Virus record (IMG/VR): IMGVR_UViG_3300032245_001746 | Location: 1-64,000 of that record | Length of the DNA stretch: 64,000 nt | Reading direction: 5' to 3' (one strand) | In this document: positions 38,393 to 48,240 of the stretch, in pieces | How positions within the stretch are numbered: the first letter of the stretch is position 1 | Layout of the letters: each line of letters begins with the position of its first letter | Translations under genes and position numbers: made by a program | Notes under the pieces: generated by a model | What the model was told of the DNA's origin: nothing | The model's database searches: none | The model's input: the letters and a program-made list of their open reading frames with translations, nothing else

Positions 38393-39595
38393 TTAAAGAG
38401 ACCCAACGCCGAAAGGTTTAGATGGACTATTATTAGCACCAAGTAAATCTAAAATTGCATTTTTGACCTGCTTGTCTCTTTCCTCTTGAGAAAGAGTATT
38501 ATACCAATTATTGGATTCTCCAACTGCGGTTGTTTTTATATTTTTTGTACCTTTAAGGTTAGTATCAACATATTCTTTTAACGAATTGTTATACGCAGAC
38601 ATGATCTGTGTGATACCAATAAAATTAACTACATTATCAGGAAAACTTTCTTTTATAACCTTTACAAATTCAGAATTATCATTGAAATCATTTTCTCCAT
38701 CTGTAAAATAAAATATATAAAAATTCCACTTATTAATTGGAAATCTAGTTTCTAATTGAGATGATATTAATTTTAAAGCACTTGAACAAATTGTTCCACC
38801 ACCATATCGATATTTATAAAATTTATTTTCATCAACCTCTGATGCTACTGTATCATGCCAAACATAACAACGCTCAACACGTTCATAAAACCTTTTAATC
38901 CATATGTCAATCCACCAAGCAATATCAGAAACTATATCGCATTTATATTGATCCATAGATCCAGATCCATCTCTTGCAAAAAACACAACAGCATTAGATG
39001 AAGGTTTTTTAATTACCTTATACTGTCTGTATCTTTTGTCTTGATTAATTGGAGTAATCATTTTAACAGGAACGGAAAAACCTGGAGGCGTCCAAAGTTT
39101 ATTAATATCTCCTGTCGCAGATTGTCTTTTCATAGCTTGCATCATTGTTCTGCGATTATGTCTTAATGATTCTGGACCTAATAAAGATATACTGTTATAT
39201 TTTATTTTTTCTTCTTGTAAGACATCATTTTGTCTAGGTTTTAATGGAGGAAGTCGCAATTCATTTTCCATAAATTGTAGAACTTCTTCTAAATCCAAAT
39301 TAATTTCTACACCTTCACCTTCCTCTTGACCAGCTTGACCTGCTCCTTGACCTTGTTTAGGACCTTTCTTTAAAATATCACCATCTTTTCCTTGACCTCT
39401 TCCAACACCTTTATTGTTATCACCATATACAATATGTGGAATATCCATTTTAGGAATAGTAATAGGAACTCTTTTACCATTTGGTCGAGTTCTAAAAATA
39501 GTGCCATTATTAACAAATTTCTTTAAAGCTTTTCTTATTTTACCACTATAAACATCTCTAAAATGTTTATGATCTTCTTCTATTCTATTTGGCAT
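38393..39595 (-). CDS. yeaH: YeaH/YhbH (DUF444) vWA-domain protein
   Basis: G-rich linker, DGSGSM MIDAS, GGGTICSSA, TDGEN. Confidence 0.92.
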   Translation of the reverse strand: MPNRIEEDHKHFRDVYSGKIRKALKKFVNNGTIFRTRPNGKRVPITIPKMDIPHIVYGDNNKGVGRGQGKDGDILKKGPKQGQGAGQAGQEEGEGVEINLDLEEVLQFMENELRLPPLKPRQNDVLQEEKIKYNSISLLGPESLRHNRRTMMQAMKRQSATGDINKLWTPPGFSVPVKMITPINQDKRYRQYKVIKKPSSNAVVFFARDGSGSMDQYKCDIVSDIAWWIDIWIKRFYERVERCYVWHDTVASEVDENKFYKYRYGGGTICSSALKLISSQLETRFPINKWNFYIFYFTDGENDFNDNSEFVKVIKESFPDNVVNFIGITQIMSAYNNSLKEYVDTNLKGTKNIKTTAVGESNNWYNTLSQEERDKQVKNAILDLLGANNSPSKPFGVGSL

Positions 39596-39627
39596 TAAAA
39601 TTTTTCCTTAAACAAAAATATTAAGAA

Positions 39628-39661
39628 AAATAGCCATAACAATTAATTGTTATGGCTATTT
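39628..39661 (-). terminator. Perfect 34-bp palindrome between prkA and yeaH
   Basis: AAATAGCCATAACAATT/AATTGTTATGGCTATTT with T-run on minus strand. Confidence 0.7.
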
Positions 39662-39685
39662 AGCATTATCAAAAACACTTAACAA

Positions 39686-41773
39686 TTAATCTTCAACAGA
39701 ATCGCCACGAGCGAACAAAGAACTAACATAATTTAAAACATCTTCTGCCGATTTATCGTTATAACCAAAATTTTTAATTAATCTTTGCTTAATAGCATCA
39801 ATTTTTTCTTGTATTGTTGGATCAACCACAGTAGCACCACTAGAATTTAAAGCACTCAATTTAATGTGATCTTTAGTATCCTCAAACAATTTAGCCTCTA
39901 AAGCTTTTTTCAATTCTGGGTCTGAATCCCATTTAAATTCAAGTCCTTTAACCTTCTGTGCTCCAATGAATGTAGCAACACTTCTTCTGTAATCATCTGC
40001 ACCTGTTTCTGGAACATTTATCTTTTCCTCAATAGACCTCATTAATTTTTCATCTGGTTCTTGTTCACGTCCTGTATAAGGATTAACTATTTTGGTTTTA
40101 TAAATATAAGCAACAACGTTATCAATATAATTGGTACATAATCTAACAATTGCTTCTTCATCTCCAACAAGTGCTTTTTGAACTTCATTTTTCAAAATAT
40201 CACTTAATTCTTTAAGAGCCAATTCAGCACATGTTATGTAATTAGAAACATCTTCTTTATTAAGAAGAGCAGAATTACTCAATCCTTCTTTAATTTCATT
40301 AAGAACCATGAATGGATTAATATAATCATGATGACTACTTAGACAATTTGATATTTTATCTTGAGCAAATCTAACAGATACTCCCTTATCCATTCCTTCA
40401 CCTTCATATTTATCTCTTAGTTCCTTAACTCTATCTTCAGTGTAACCTGGAAGGAATTTGCCATCATAAAGTTTAACTTTATCAACAAGACTTAAATTTG
40501 GTTCTTTTCCATCTTTAAGTCTTGTTAAAATTAACCAAAATGCAACAATTTCTATTGTGTGAGGGGCAATGTGTTGATTTACTTTGTTTGGAGCATAATC
40601 CTGCATTAACACCTTGATTTCATCACTTAATTTCAAAAGATACGGAACGTCAATTTTAACAGTTCTGTCTCTCAAAGCTTCCATTGTTTGATCGTCTTTA
40701 AGTTTCTTAAACTCTGGCATATTTGAATGTCCAATTATCGCTTCATCAATAGAAACTTGAGAAAACTTTTTAGGCTTTATACTTCTTTCTTGAGAAGCAC
40801 CAAGTAAATCGTACAAAAATGCTTTATCTAATTTAAGCATTTCAATAAATTCACAAAATCCTCTATTTGCTACACAAAACTCTCCATCAAAATTAAACGC
40901 TCTAGGATCTGAGTCTACTCCAAAATGAGGCAACTTACTATAATTGATATCTCCAGTTAATTCAGTAGCATCTTGATTTTTTTCATCTTTTGGTTGAAAA
41001 GTTGCGATTCCAACACGATCAGCTTCAGAGTGAACTTTTCTTATAACCTTTATATGAGTATCAATTACTTTCTTCCAATCACCAGAATATCTCTTTAATA
41101 GCTCAGACATAAATTTTTTACATCTTGGATTCAACTCTCCATCAACACGAATAGGATAAACTGCACTTTTGTTAATTCCATTTTTAACAGATTGTTCTAC
41201 GAAAATAGAATTAATTCTTGAAAGAACATTATGTCTCATTTCTAATGGTATAAGTTTTATTGGATCATCATTCATAGGACACTCATCTTCTTCAGATGTA
41301 TAAAGATCTGAAGGGAGATTGACCCATTTATAAGTGTACCAAGCACCATCTTCTGTTCTTGAATATTCTTCCAAACCTTTCTTTAATAATCTGCATATTG
41401 TTGATTTAGAAGAACCTACTGGTCCGTGTAGGAGTAATATTCTTTTTTCTGTACCGTGACATCCAGCCGCACCGCGAATAAATTTAACAATAGCATCTAA
41501 CGTTTCATCTAAACCAAAAATTGGAATATTAGGATCATCAAAAAAGTTATAATGAGTATAAGTTTTACGATAAATCTTTATAGGCTTTGTTCCTTTTGAC
41601 AAAATCATATCGTATAATCTTTGATACGCTGTTCTACATAGACGTGGATTTTGCTCAACTTTTTGCAAATATTCATCAAAACTAATTATTTCATTATAAG
41701 ATAAATATTTATTTCTATCAAACAAACTTGACAACCAATTTAAATCAATCGTTTTTTCATCTATTTCTGACAT
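39686..41773 (-). CDS. prkA: PrkA/YeaG AAA+ protein
   Basis: LLHGPVGSSKS, KDEKNQD, SDPRAFNFDGE, ANRG..EFIE, EALRDR. Confidence 0.96.
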   Translation of the reverse strand: MSEIDEKTIDLNWLSSLFDRNKYLSYNEIISFDEYLQKVEQNPRLCRTAYQRLYDMILSKGTKPIKIYRKTYTHYNFFDDPNIPIFGLDETLDAIVKFIRGAAGCHGTEKRILLLHGPVGSSKSTICRLLKKGLEEYSRTEDGAWYTYKWVNLPSDLYTSEEDECPMNDDPIKLIPLEMRHNVLSRINSIFVEQSVKNGINKSAVYPIRVDGELNPRCKKFMSELLKRYSGDWKKVIDTHIKVIRKVHSEADRVGIATFQPKDEKNQDATELTGDINYSKLPHFGVDSDPRAFNFDGEFCVANRGFCEFIEMLKLDKAFLYDLLGASQERSIKPKKFSQVSIDEAIIGHSNMPEFKKLKDDQTMEALRDRTVKIDVPYLLKLSDEIKVLMQDYAPNKVNQHIAPHTIEIVAFWLILTRLKDGKEPNLSLVDKVKLYDGKFLPGYTEDRVKELRDKYEGEGMDKGVSVRFAQDKISNCLSSHHDYINPFMVLNEIKEGLSNSALLNKEDVSNYITCAELALKELSDILKNEVQKALVGDEEAIVRLCTNYIDNVVAYIYKTKIVNPYTGREQEPDEKLMRSIEEKINVPETGADDYRRSVATFIGAQKVKGLEFKWDSDPELKKALEAKLFEDTKDHIKLSALNSSGATVVDPTIQEKIDAIKQRLIKNFGYNDKSAEDVLNYVSSLFARGDSVED

Positions 41774-41842
41774 GTATGTTTTCCTTAAATTTAGTATTTT
41801 TGATCACTATTAAAGTGTATGCAAAACAAAACAACAATCAAC

Positions 41843-41877
41843 AAAAAAAAGAGAAGATTTTATTCTTCTCTTTTTTT
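41843..41877. terminator. Intrinsic terminator (possibly bidirectional)
   Basis: aaaaaaaagagaag-attttatt-cttctcttttttt. Confidence 0.75.
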
Positions 41878-42211
41878 ATTTTACTTCTCCAAAATATTTA
41901 CCACTAGAAATATCATCCATTTCTTTGTAAGCTTTTTTACCTTTTAACAACTTTTCACCTTCTTCTCTTTGTTTTTTTACATTTTTTAAATTAGATTTAA
42001 ATCTATAATCATGTCCATTAGACTCACTAACCCATTTATCAGTTCCAACAGGCTGATTAAATTTATAAGAAGTAGAAGATATTAATTTTTCCTTCTTTTT
42101 AGAATTACATTTTGGACAAACAACATCTTTATATTTATCTGTTGGATCATATTTTACAAAATCTGTATATATTTCTTCACATTCTTTACATTTAAAATCA
42201 AAATTTGGCAC
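41876..42211 (-). CDS. FmdB-family zinc-ribbon protein
   Basis: MPNFDFKCKEC...CPKC...KLIS. Confidence 0.85.
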   Translation of the reverse strand: MPNFDFKCKECEEIYTDFVKYDPTDKYKDVVCPKCNSKKKEKLISSTSYKFNQPVGTDKWVSESNGHDYRFKSNLKNVKKQREEGEKLLKGKKAYKEMDDISSGKYFGEVK

Positions 42212-42472
42212 CTAAACTCCCTTGTCTGTATTTATAATGTTTTTTAATATTTGATAACTTCTATTAATTATTTTTAATTTAGACATGTGACTTCTAAATC
42301 TCCAAAAAAAAGATTTTTCTAAAATCTTTACAGTTAAAAATAACAATCTTCTATCAGATTCTTGTTCTATTTTATAAAATTCAATGTTAATTTTAGACAT
42401 TGCATTTTCATAATCTTGTTCTTCTTTATACAAGTCTATATCTTCTGTATCATCTGATTCAAATCGTTTCAT
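42212..42472 (-). CDS. Hypothetical protein
   Basis: Coupled ORF. Confidence 0.55.
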   Translation of the reverse strand: MKRFESDDTEDIDLYKEEQDYENAMSKINIEFYKIEQESDRRLLFLTVKILEKSFFWRFRSHMSKLKIINRSYQILKNIINTDKGV

Positions 42473-42988
42473 TCACATTCCTCTTATCATTTTAAACAAA
42501 ATTGATGCACTTTTAGCTAAACTTAATACTTTATGTTCGTTCAATGTCATATTATCAGAATAACATTCATTTATATTTTCAAAAATATTTTTATTTTTTA
42601 AAATCCATTCAGGTCCAATAAAATTACCACATTTATTGTAATAATTTACAAAAGAACAATCTTCATCTGAATTTGTTGGATAAATATCTAAAGTTTCTTT
42701 TAAAACATCAATACATGCAATTTCTGGTGTGATTTCTAATATTTTAGTATTTTTACATATATTTTCTGTAGAATATTTATCTTTATATTGTATAAATGGA
42801 ATTTTACATTTATAAACCCAAGAAAATAAAGATTTAGTTGTATACATTCCTCTTTTACATAAAACACACATTTTTGCATCAGGCAAATTGGTTCTTATTG
42901 AATACCAAGACAAAAACGACATCCAATCATGATGATTTACATATTCACATTTAATTAATATTAATAGGTTTTTACCATATTCATTCAT
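42473..42988 (-). CDS. Hypothetical protein
   Basis: Coupled ORF. Confidence 0.55.
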   Translation of the reverse strand: MNEYGKNLLILIKCEYVNHHDWMSFLSWYSIRTNLPDAKMCVLCKRGMYTTKSLFSWVYKCKIPFIQYKDKYSTENICKNTKILEITPEIACIDVLKETLDIYPTNSDEDCSFVNYYNKCGNFIGPEWILKNKNIFENINECYSDNMTLNEHKVLSLAKSASILFKMIRGM

Positions 42989-43173
42989 AAAGAAATTTCT
43001 TTCGAATCAATAATAAAATACTGATTATAATTTGGTATGTTTAAATATTCAATATAACTCAAACAAATATCTAACATTTGTTTTGCAATTTCTATATTTT
43101 GCGTACACCAAATTCCAGTTTTTGGAAAAGATAAATAATTATTGGATATAGTATTTAATATATAATAATTCAT
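42985..43173 (-). CDS. Hypothetical protein
   Basis: Coupled ORF. Confidence 0.45.
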   Translation of the reverse strand: MNYYILNTISNNYLSFPKTGIWCTQNIEIAKQMLDICLSYIEYLNIPNYNQYFIIDSKEISL

Positions 43174-43331
43174 ATTATAGGCTTGCTTTTAAGATTCTTA
43201 ATTAAAGTAGTTTTAGTTTTTGGTTTTTTAAAACTATTTAATGGTTTTTCTGGAAGCCAGAAGTGTTGTCCTGCACGCCCAGGTTTATTGAGTCCAAATG
43301 ACTCGAAATAATCCTTAAAATTCAATTGCAT
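43173..43331 (-). CDS. Small basic protein with capsid-targeting-like N-terminus (52 aa, missed by ORF track)
   Basis: MQLNFKDYFESFGLNKPGRAGQHFWLPEKPLNSFKKPKTKTTLIKNLKSKPI; TAATG coupling at both ends. Confidence 0.7.
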
Positions 43332-43591
43332 TAAACTGGGTCCTTATCATCATCTGATACTGGCATTAATGCTCCCAACTTATTTAATGGAACATTGGGA
43401 TTTTTAACAACAGATTGTTTTGCAGCAACTACAGGATTTTGTCCCTTTTTAATTGCTGTAGCGGCAGCAGTTTTTGCAGCAGTTGCTGCGGCAGCCAAAA
43501 CCGGATTTGATGCAATCTGTTTTTGTGTATTTTGTTGATTACCTGGAGCCATCATATCTTCCAGCCAATTTTTGAAATATAAATTTTCCAT
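43331..43591 (-). CDS. Ala-rich protein with capsid-targeting-like N-terminus
   Basis: Start MENLYFKNWLED at 43591; AATATATA 5 nt upstream. Confidence 0.65.
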   Translation of the reverse strand: MENLYFKNWLEDMMAPGNQQNTQKQIASNPVLAAAATAAKTAAATAIKKGQNPVVAAKQSVVKNPNVPLNKLGALMPVSDDDKDPV

Positions 43592-43620
43592 AAATTTATA
43601 TATTAATAAATGTAAAAAAA

Positions 43621-43887
43621 TTATTTCCAATATTCTATATCATCTATCCAATAATGTAAAATATTTCCTTTTGTTGAATAATATTTTCTATCTATTTTTA
43701 TTTTGCCAGAATGAATAAGTCTGTGATGGTTAGCACAAACCGTCAAGCTGTTAAATTCTGTGTATTCTCCACCGTCTTCTCCAGGAATAATTCTATGCAC
43801 ATCTAATAAATCATAATTATCTTCATCACAAAAAAAACATTTTTTATCAAAGTGTTTTTTTGCCTTTTTGTCAACTTTTCTTTTCAT
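43621..43887 (-). CDS. Small HNH endonuclease
   Basis: CFFC, DVHRI..G..GG.Y..N, CANHH..IH. Confidence 0.85.
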   Translation of the reverse strand: MKRKVDKKAKKHFDKKCFFCDEDNYDLLDVHRIIPGEDGGEYTEFNSLTVCANHHRLIHSGKIKIDRKYYSTKGNILHYWIDDIEYWK

Positions 43888-43891
43888 AAAT

Positions 43892-45247
43892 CTAAATGAG
43901 ATTTAATTGTTTTAATTTTTCTGTAGTTGATACACATTCTTGAAAATTAAATATAATTACTTCAGCATATTCTTTTCCAACAACATCTTCTGGATGGTAG
44001 TCCCCACCTTTTACTATCTTTTTAGGTTTTATTTTTTTAATTATTTCTAAAGGAGTATCTTCTTCAAACCAAGTAACATAATCAACAAATTCCAAAGAAG
44101 AAACAATCTTCATTCTATCTTCTAATGAATAAATAGGTCTTTTTTCACCTTTAAGTCTTTTAACAGAATTATCTGAATTAAGAGCAACAACTAGTTTTTC
44201 ACCTTGTTTTTTTGCAAACTTTAAGCATTCTATATGTGCAGGCGTAAGACCCGCATCGAAACAACCATTTGTGAACACTAAATCGTTTGAATTAAACTCA
44301 AAATCAGAATTAACTATTTTTGCATTGCAATTATCATGATGTTTCTTTAAATCATTCAAATCAATAGCATATCCATTAAGTTTTTGAACATATATACTGC
44401 TGGCAAAGAAGGCTATTTCAATAGATTCTTGAATACTCAAATTTAAAGATTGACATATAGAAATAAATGAAATAAAACAATCTCCAGCACCTACAACACT
44501 TTGAACATTTATCGTGTTTTTTGGAACATATTCTCCATATTCATCATATGTTTTATAATACACTCCCTTACCTTCATTTGTTATAATACATACTTTACAA
44601 TTTGTTTCTTTCATCAAAATGTCACATTGTTTCTTCCAATCCTTTGTGCCTGTCATCAAAATAGCTTCTTTGTAATTAGGTTTAAAAATGGTACAACCAT
44701 ACCATTTAGATGCAGGTCCTAATTTAGGATCAACAATTGTTATAATATCTTCACAATTACTTAATATAGATTTTATATATTCCTCGTCAAATAACCCCTT
44801 ATTATAATCAGATAAAACTAAAACATTTGATTCTTGTTTTAATTCATTAAAATAATCTAATAAAACATTACGAACATCAAAAAGTTGTTCCTCATTTAAT
44901 TTATAATTTTCAAATTCATCATCAATTCTGGCAACTTGATTATTTCCACAATAATATCTACTTTTAACTGGAATTTTTGCATTATAATTTCCATGATGTT
45001 CTTCAACTGAAATAAAATAAGCATTTATGAATCTTTCTATTTGTTCATACACTTTGGCAGCACCACCAGAAGTTTTAATTGGCTTTTTTCCATTTAATTT
45101 AATTATAGGAATTGGACATTCTGGTGAAATCCTAGTCATTTCACATTGATAATGTTCATCAATTATGTTATCTCCAAAAACAATAATTTTGTTATTTTTA
45201 TAGCAATTATATTCCAGTAATTTTATAAATTTTTCAATTATATTCAT
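43892..45247 (-). CDS. hldE: Bifunctional heptose kinase / nucleotidyltransferase (HldE/RfaE)
   Basis: GD.IIDE, RISPE.P.P, SDYNKG, VDPK, KPN, GAGD; TNGCFD, LNSDNSVKRLKG..RP, KGGDY. Confidence 0.9.
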   Translation of the reverse strand: MNIIEKFIKLLEYNCYKNNKIIVFGDNIIDEHYQCEMTRISPECPIPIIKLNGKKPIKTSGGAAKVYEQIERFINAYFISVEEHHGNYNAKIPVKSRYYCGNNQVARIDDEFENYKLNEEQLFDVRNVLLDYFNELKQESNVLVLSDYNKGLFDEEYIKSILSNCEDIITIVDPKLGPASKWYGCTIFKPNYKEAILMTGTKDWKKQCDILMKETNCKVCIITNEGKGVYYKTYDEYGEYVPKNTINVQSVVGAGDCFISFISICQSLNLSIQESIEIAFFASSIYVQKLNGYAIDLNDLKKHHDNCNAKIVNSDFEFNSNDLVFTNGCFDAGLTPAHIECLKFAKKQGEKLVVALNSDNSVKRLKGEKRPIYSLEDRMKIVSSLEFVDYVTWFEEDTPLEIIKKIKPKKIVKGGDYHPEDVVGKEYAEVIIFNFQECVSTTEKLKQLNLI

Positions 45248-45264
45248 AAAATGAATATAGTAAT

Positions 45265-45272
45265 TATAAATA
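45265..45272 (+). promoter_or_regulatory. T4-like late promoter TATAAATA
   Basis: Exact T4 late consensus 4 nt before ATG; similar motifs precede other late-type genes. Confidence 0.55.
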
Positions 45273-45276
45273 ATAT

Positions 45277-46029
45277 ATGGAATTTAATTTCAAAAAATAT
45301 TTTTTAAACGAAATGCCAATTGATAATTTAAAATTAATTGGTAAATGGGGAAATAATGATCCTTTAAGGAGATTTACTAAAATTGATGCTGGAATCTTAA
45401 CTAGTCCTAAAGGAGTGGAAAAAATAAAACAAAAATGGTCAAGAACAGAATATAATTTCAATTTATATTTTGTTCGAGAAAAAAATGCTTGGAAAGAATC
45501 GTTCGTTGGAGAAGTTAACATAGAATATGTTAAACAAAAATTAAATTTAGAATTACCTGAATTAAATGATGATTCAATAACTATAATTTATACCAATAAT
45601 ATTGGTCAAGAAAAACAACCATTAACTGGCTGGACATTAGCACATAGATTTTCTCACGCACTTGTAAGAAATGAATTTTATAAAAATAATTATGTTAAAG
45701 AATTAACAAGATTAATTAATGAATTAAAAGAAGATTTTGGATTAAAATTTTTCAAAGAAATAGATTATTATTATAATCTAGGAACTATGAAATCATGTAG
45801 AGAAAGAAATTTAGCTACACCATTAGAATTTCAACATGAATTGTTTGCACAATTTATAATTAACGGAAAAATAAATTTCAACAAATATGAAAATTGGAAA
45901 TTTGTTAATAAATCAGACAAAGCCTTCAATTCTGAAATCAATCAATTTTTAGAAATAAAAGAAAGAGATTTTGATTATCAAATCAGTTCGGTACTGGGGA
46001 CTTTGCATAATAAAATATTTATTGTTTAA
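45277..46029 (+). CDS. Zincin-like protein with capsid-targeting-like N-terminus
   Basis: MEFNFKKYFLNEM; LAHRFSH...HELFAQ; TATAAATA 4 nt upstream. Confidence 0.55.
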   Translation: MEFNFKKYFLNEMPIDNLKLIGKWGNNDPLRRFTKIDAGILTSPKGVEKIKQKWSRTEYNFNLYFVREKNAWKESFVGEVNIEYVKQKLNLELPELNDDSITIIYTNNIGQEKQPLTGWTLAHRFSHALVRNEFYKNNYVKELTRLINELKEDFGLKFFKEIDYYYNLGTMKSCRERNLATPLEFQHELFAQFIINGKINFNKYENWKFVNKSDKAFNSEINQFLEIKERDFDYQISSVLGTLHNKIFIV

Positions 46030-46169
46030 TATTATATTTGCTTTGCTAATCTAGGAAATGTTAATTGTTTTATTTTATTCTTTCATCTGTATTACAAGTA
46101 TTTTTAACCATTAATTAATCCACCTAAAATTAATTAGATTCTATTAATAATTTTTGAATTAAATCTATA

Positions 46170-47204
46170 TTAGAATCCAAAAATTTGATTATGTGTTCTG
46201 TTAACTTTAATAAAAGTTACATTATCATATATTTCCATTAAATTAGATGAATTTGTATAAGTACAAGCACTTCTTAATCCACCAAGAATATCACTAACAA
46301 TATTTTGTAATTTTCCTTTATATGGAAGTTCAACAACTTTACCTTCAGAAGCTCTATAATTAGAAACCCCTCCACAATGTTTATTCATTGCTTCTTTAGA
46401 AGACATCCCGTAAAATTTAAATTTGTTTTTTCTTCCATAATCATCATAAGACCAATCTCCTTCACATTCATCACAACCTGCAAACATGCCACCAATCATT
46501 GTCATATCTGCGCCTGCACCGAAGGCTTTAGCTATATCGCCAGCACATGTTATTCCACCATCAGAACATAACTTCATATCGTAAACTATACACTCTTTTG
46601 CAGCTTCTATTATGCAACTTAACTGAGGAACTCCAACACCAGTTTTAATTCTAGTTGTACAAACGCTGCCGCCGCCTATTCCAAATTTTAATATATTTAC
46701 ACCTAATTTTTTAAAATCTGAAACAATTTCTGGAGTCGCTACATTTCCAACCATAAGTGTACAATCTGGTTGTATATCTTTAACTAATTTAATTACATTT
46801 TTAACTAAAGGAGTATAAGCATTAGCTACATCTAAACAAATATTTGGAACAGACACTTGACTACAAACATTTTTTAACTTATCAAAATCAGCTTTTTGAA
46901 CTCCTATAGAATAAAATATTAATTTTTTCTCTTGATCATTTAACGAATTGTAAAAATCTACATATTGCTTCTCTTCATAATGTTTAATCAAACAAGTCAT
47001 CATATTATGTTTAATTAACTCTCTGGCTATAGAAAAAGTACCAACTCCATCCATATTTGAAGCTATAATTGGTATACATTTTCCGTGCGTTTCGGTAAAT
47101 GAGTTTTTAAATAAATCAACTTCAGATCTTGAATTAAGATTAGAGATTGTAGGACGGATTAATACATCTGAAAAATCCAAATAATTATTTTCTAATATCT
47201 TCAT
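46170..47204 (-). CDS. guaC: GMP reductase
   Basis: LDFSDVLIRP, SRSEV, ASNMDGVG, DVANAY, GIGGGSVCTTR, FYGMSS, YRASEGK; start reassigned to MKILEN. Confidence 0.93.
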   Translation of the reverse strand: MKILENNYLDFSDVLIRPTISNLNSRSEVDLFKNSFTETHGKCIPIIASNMDGVGTFSIARELIKHNMMTCLIKHYEEKQYVDFYNSLNDQEKKLIFYSIGVQKADFDKLKNVCSQVSVPNICLDVANAYTPLVKNVIKLVKDIQPDCTLMVGNVATPEIVSDFKKLGVNILKFGIGGGSVCTTRIKTGVGVPQLSCIIEAAKECIVYDMKLCSDGGITCAGDIAKAFGAGADMTMIGGMFAGCDECEGDWSYDDYGRKNKFKFYGMSSKEAMNKHCGGVSNYRASEGKVVELPYKGKLQNIVSDILGGLRSACTYTNSSNLMEIYDNVTFIKVNRTHNQIFGF

Positions 47205-47217
47205 AAATTTAAAATTT

Positions 47218-47748
47218 CTAATAACAAACAGTATTAACAACTTTGGCAGCATCTTGTAAATTAAACACTTTAAATCCAACACATTCATTAATCATAGGAT
47301 GATCATAAATATCATTGTCTTGATTAATAATAGCAACTACTGGTTTGACTAAAGATTTAGCCCAAGCTATCTCCATAACTGTACCAATAGATATTTTATC
47401 TCCAGTTAAATTTGCTACTATACAAGAACAATTTAAAACATCATTGTAATCCCTTGTAATTACAGCTTTAGAATTGCAAATTACTTTTGTAAATGAATCA
47501 GATTTTTCTATAAATGAATCATTTATAACAGAACCTTTTAATGCATCTTTATTTCTCATGGGAGATAAAAAATTATATCTTGATTTAATAAAATCAAAAT
47601 CAGTTTTACTATCTTTAATAAATCTTTGTTCAGAAACAACCACATTAATAAATTCAAATATAAACTTGTTTCTCCAGTTCACAGATTCACTATAATCTAT
47701 ATTTGTTATTGGACCAGCTAAATAAATTGAATAACTCATAATTTTCAT
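47218..47748 (-). CDS. Nucleoside 2-deoxyribosyltransferase / dNMP N-glycosidase-like
   Basis: IYLAGPI, RD..DV, SIGTVMEIAWA..KP. Confidence 0.85.
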   Translation of the reverse strand: MKIMSYSIYLAGPITNIDYSESVNWRNKFIFEFINVVVSEQRFIKDSKTDFDFIKSRYNFLSPMRNKDALKGSVINDSFIEKSDSFTKVICNSKAVITRDYNDVLNCSCIVANLTGDKISIGTVMEIAWAKSLVKPVVAIINQDNDIYDHPMINECVGFKVFNLQDAAKVVNTVCY

Positions 47749-48206
47749 TTCTTTAATAAAGTATAAAATAAAAAATTTCCATAATTATCCGAAGATAATT
47801 CTTCCCATTGATCAATATCAAAATTTGGGAAAAAAGTATCACATTCATGAGCTTTATTAAAATATGAAATATACATTTTTTTCACCAAGTTTAATTCTAA
47901 AGCTTTTTTGTAAATCTGTGCTCCACCTATAATAATAGCATTATTTCCAGATTTATGACAAGCTTCTTCAAGAGAAGAAGATATAAAACAATCATCAGAA
48001 CTTTTCATTGTAGTAGAAACTACAATGTTACAACGATTTTTAAGTGGTTTTTTAGGTAAAGATTCCCAAGTATTTCTTCCCATAATTATATTTGAATTCT
48101 TTGTTTTTTCAACAAATAATGACATGTCTTTAGAATCACGCCAAGGCAAAAAATTGTTTTTTCCAATTCCTTTATTTATATCATATGCTACTATAAGTGA
48201 AATCAT
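47745..48206 (-). CDS. folA: Dihydrofolate reductase
   Basis: GIGKNNFLPW, MGRNTWESLPKKPLKNR, IIGGAQIY, CDTFFP. Confidence 0.96.
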   Translation of the reverse strand: MISLIVAYDINKGIGKNNFLPWRDSKDMSLFVEKTKNSNIIMGRNTWESLPKKPLKNRCNIVVSTTMKSSDDCFISSSLEEACHKSGNNAIIIGGAQIYKKALELNLVKKMYISYFNKAHECDTFFPNFDIDQWEELSSDNYGNFLFYTLLKK

Positions 48207-48240
48207 ACTGCAACTTTCTGTTTTTAAATCTAATTTATTT

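Noticed and set aside
36766-41773. Evidence of a sporulating Firmicutes host from spoVR/prkA
   Set aside because: The triad is widespread in non-sporulating bacteria, and HldE plus a lipoprotein point to a diderm host
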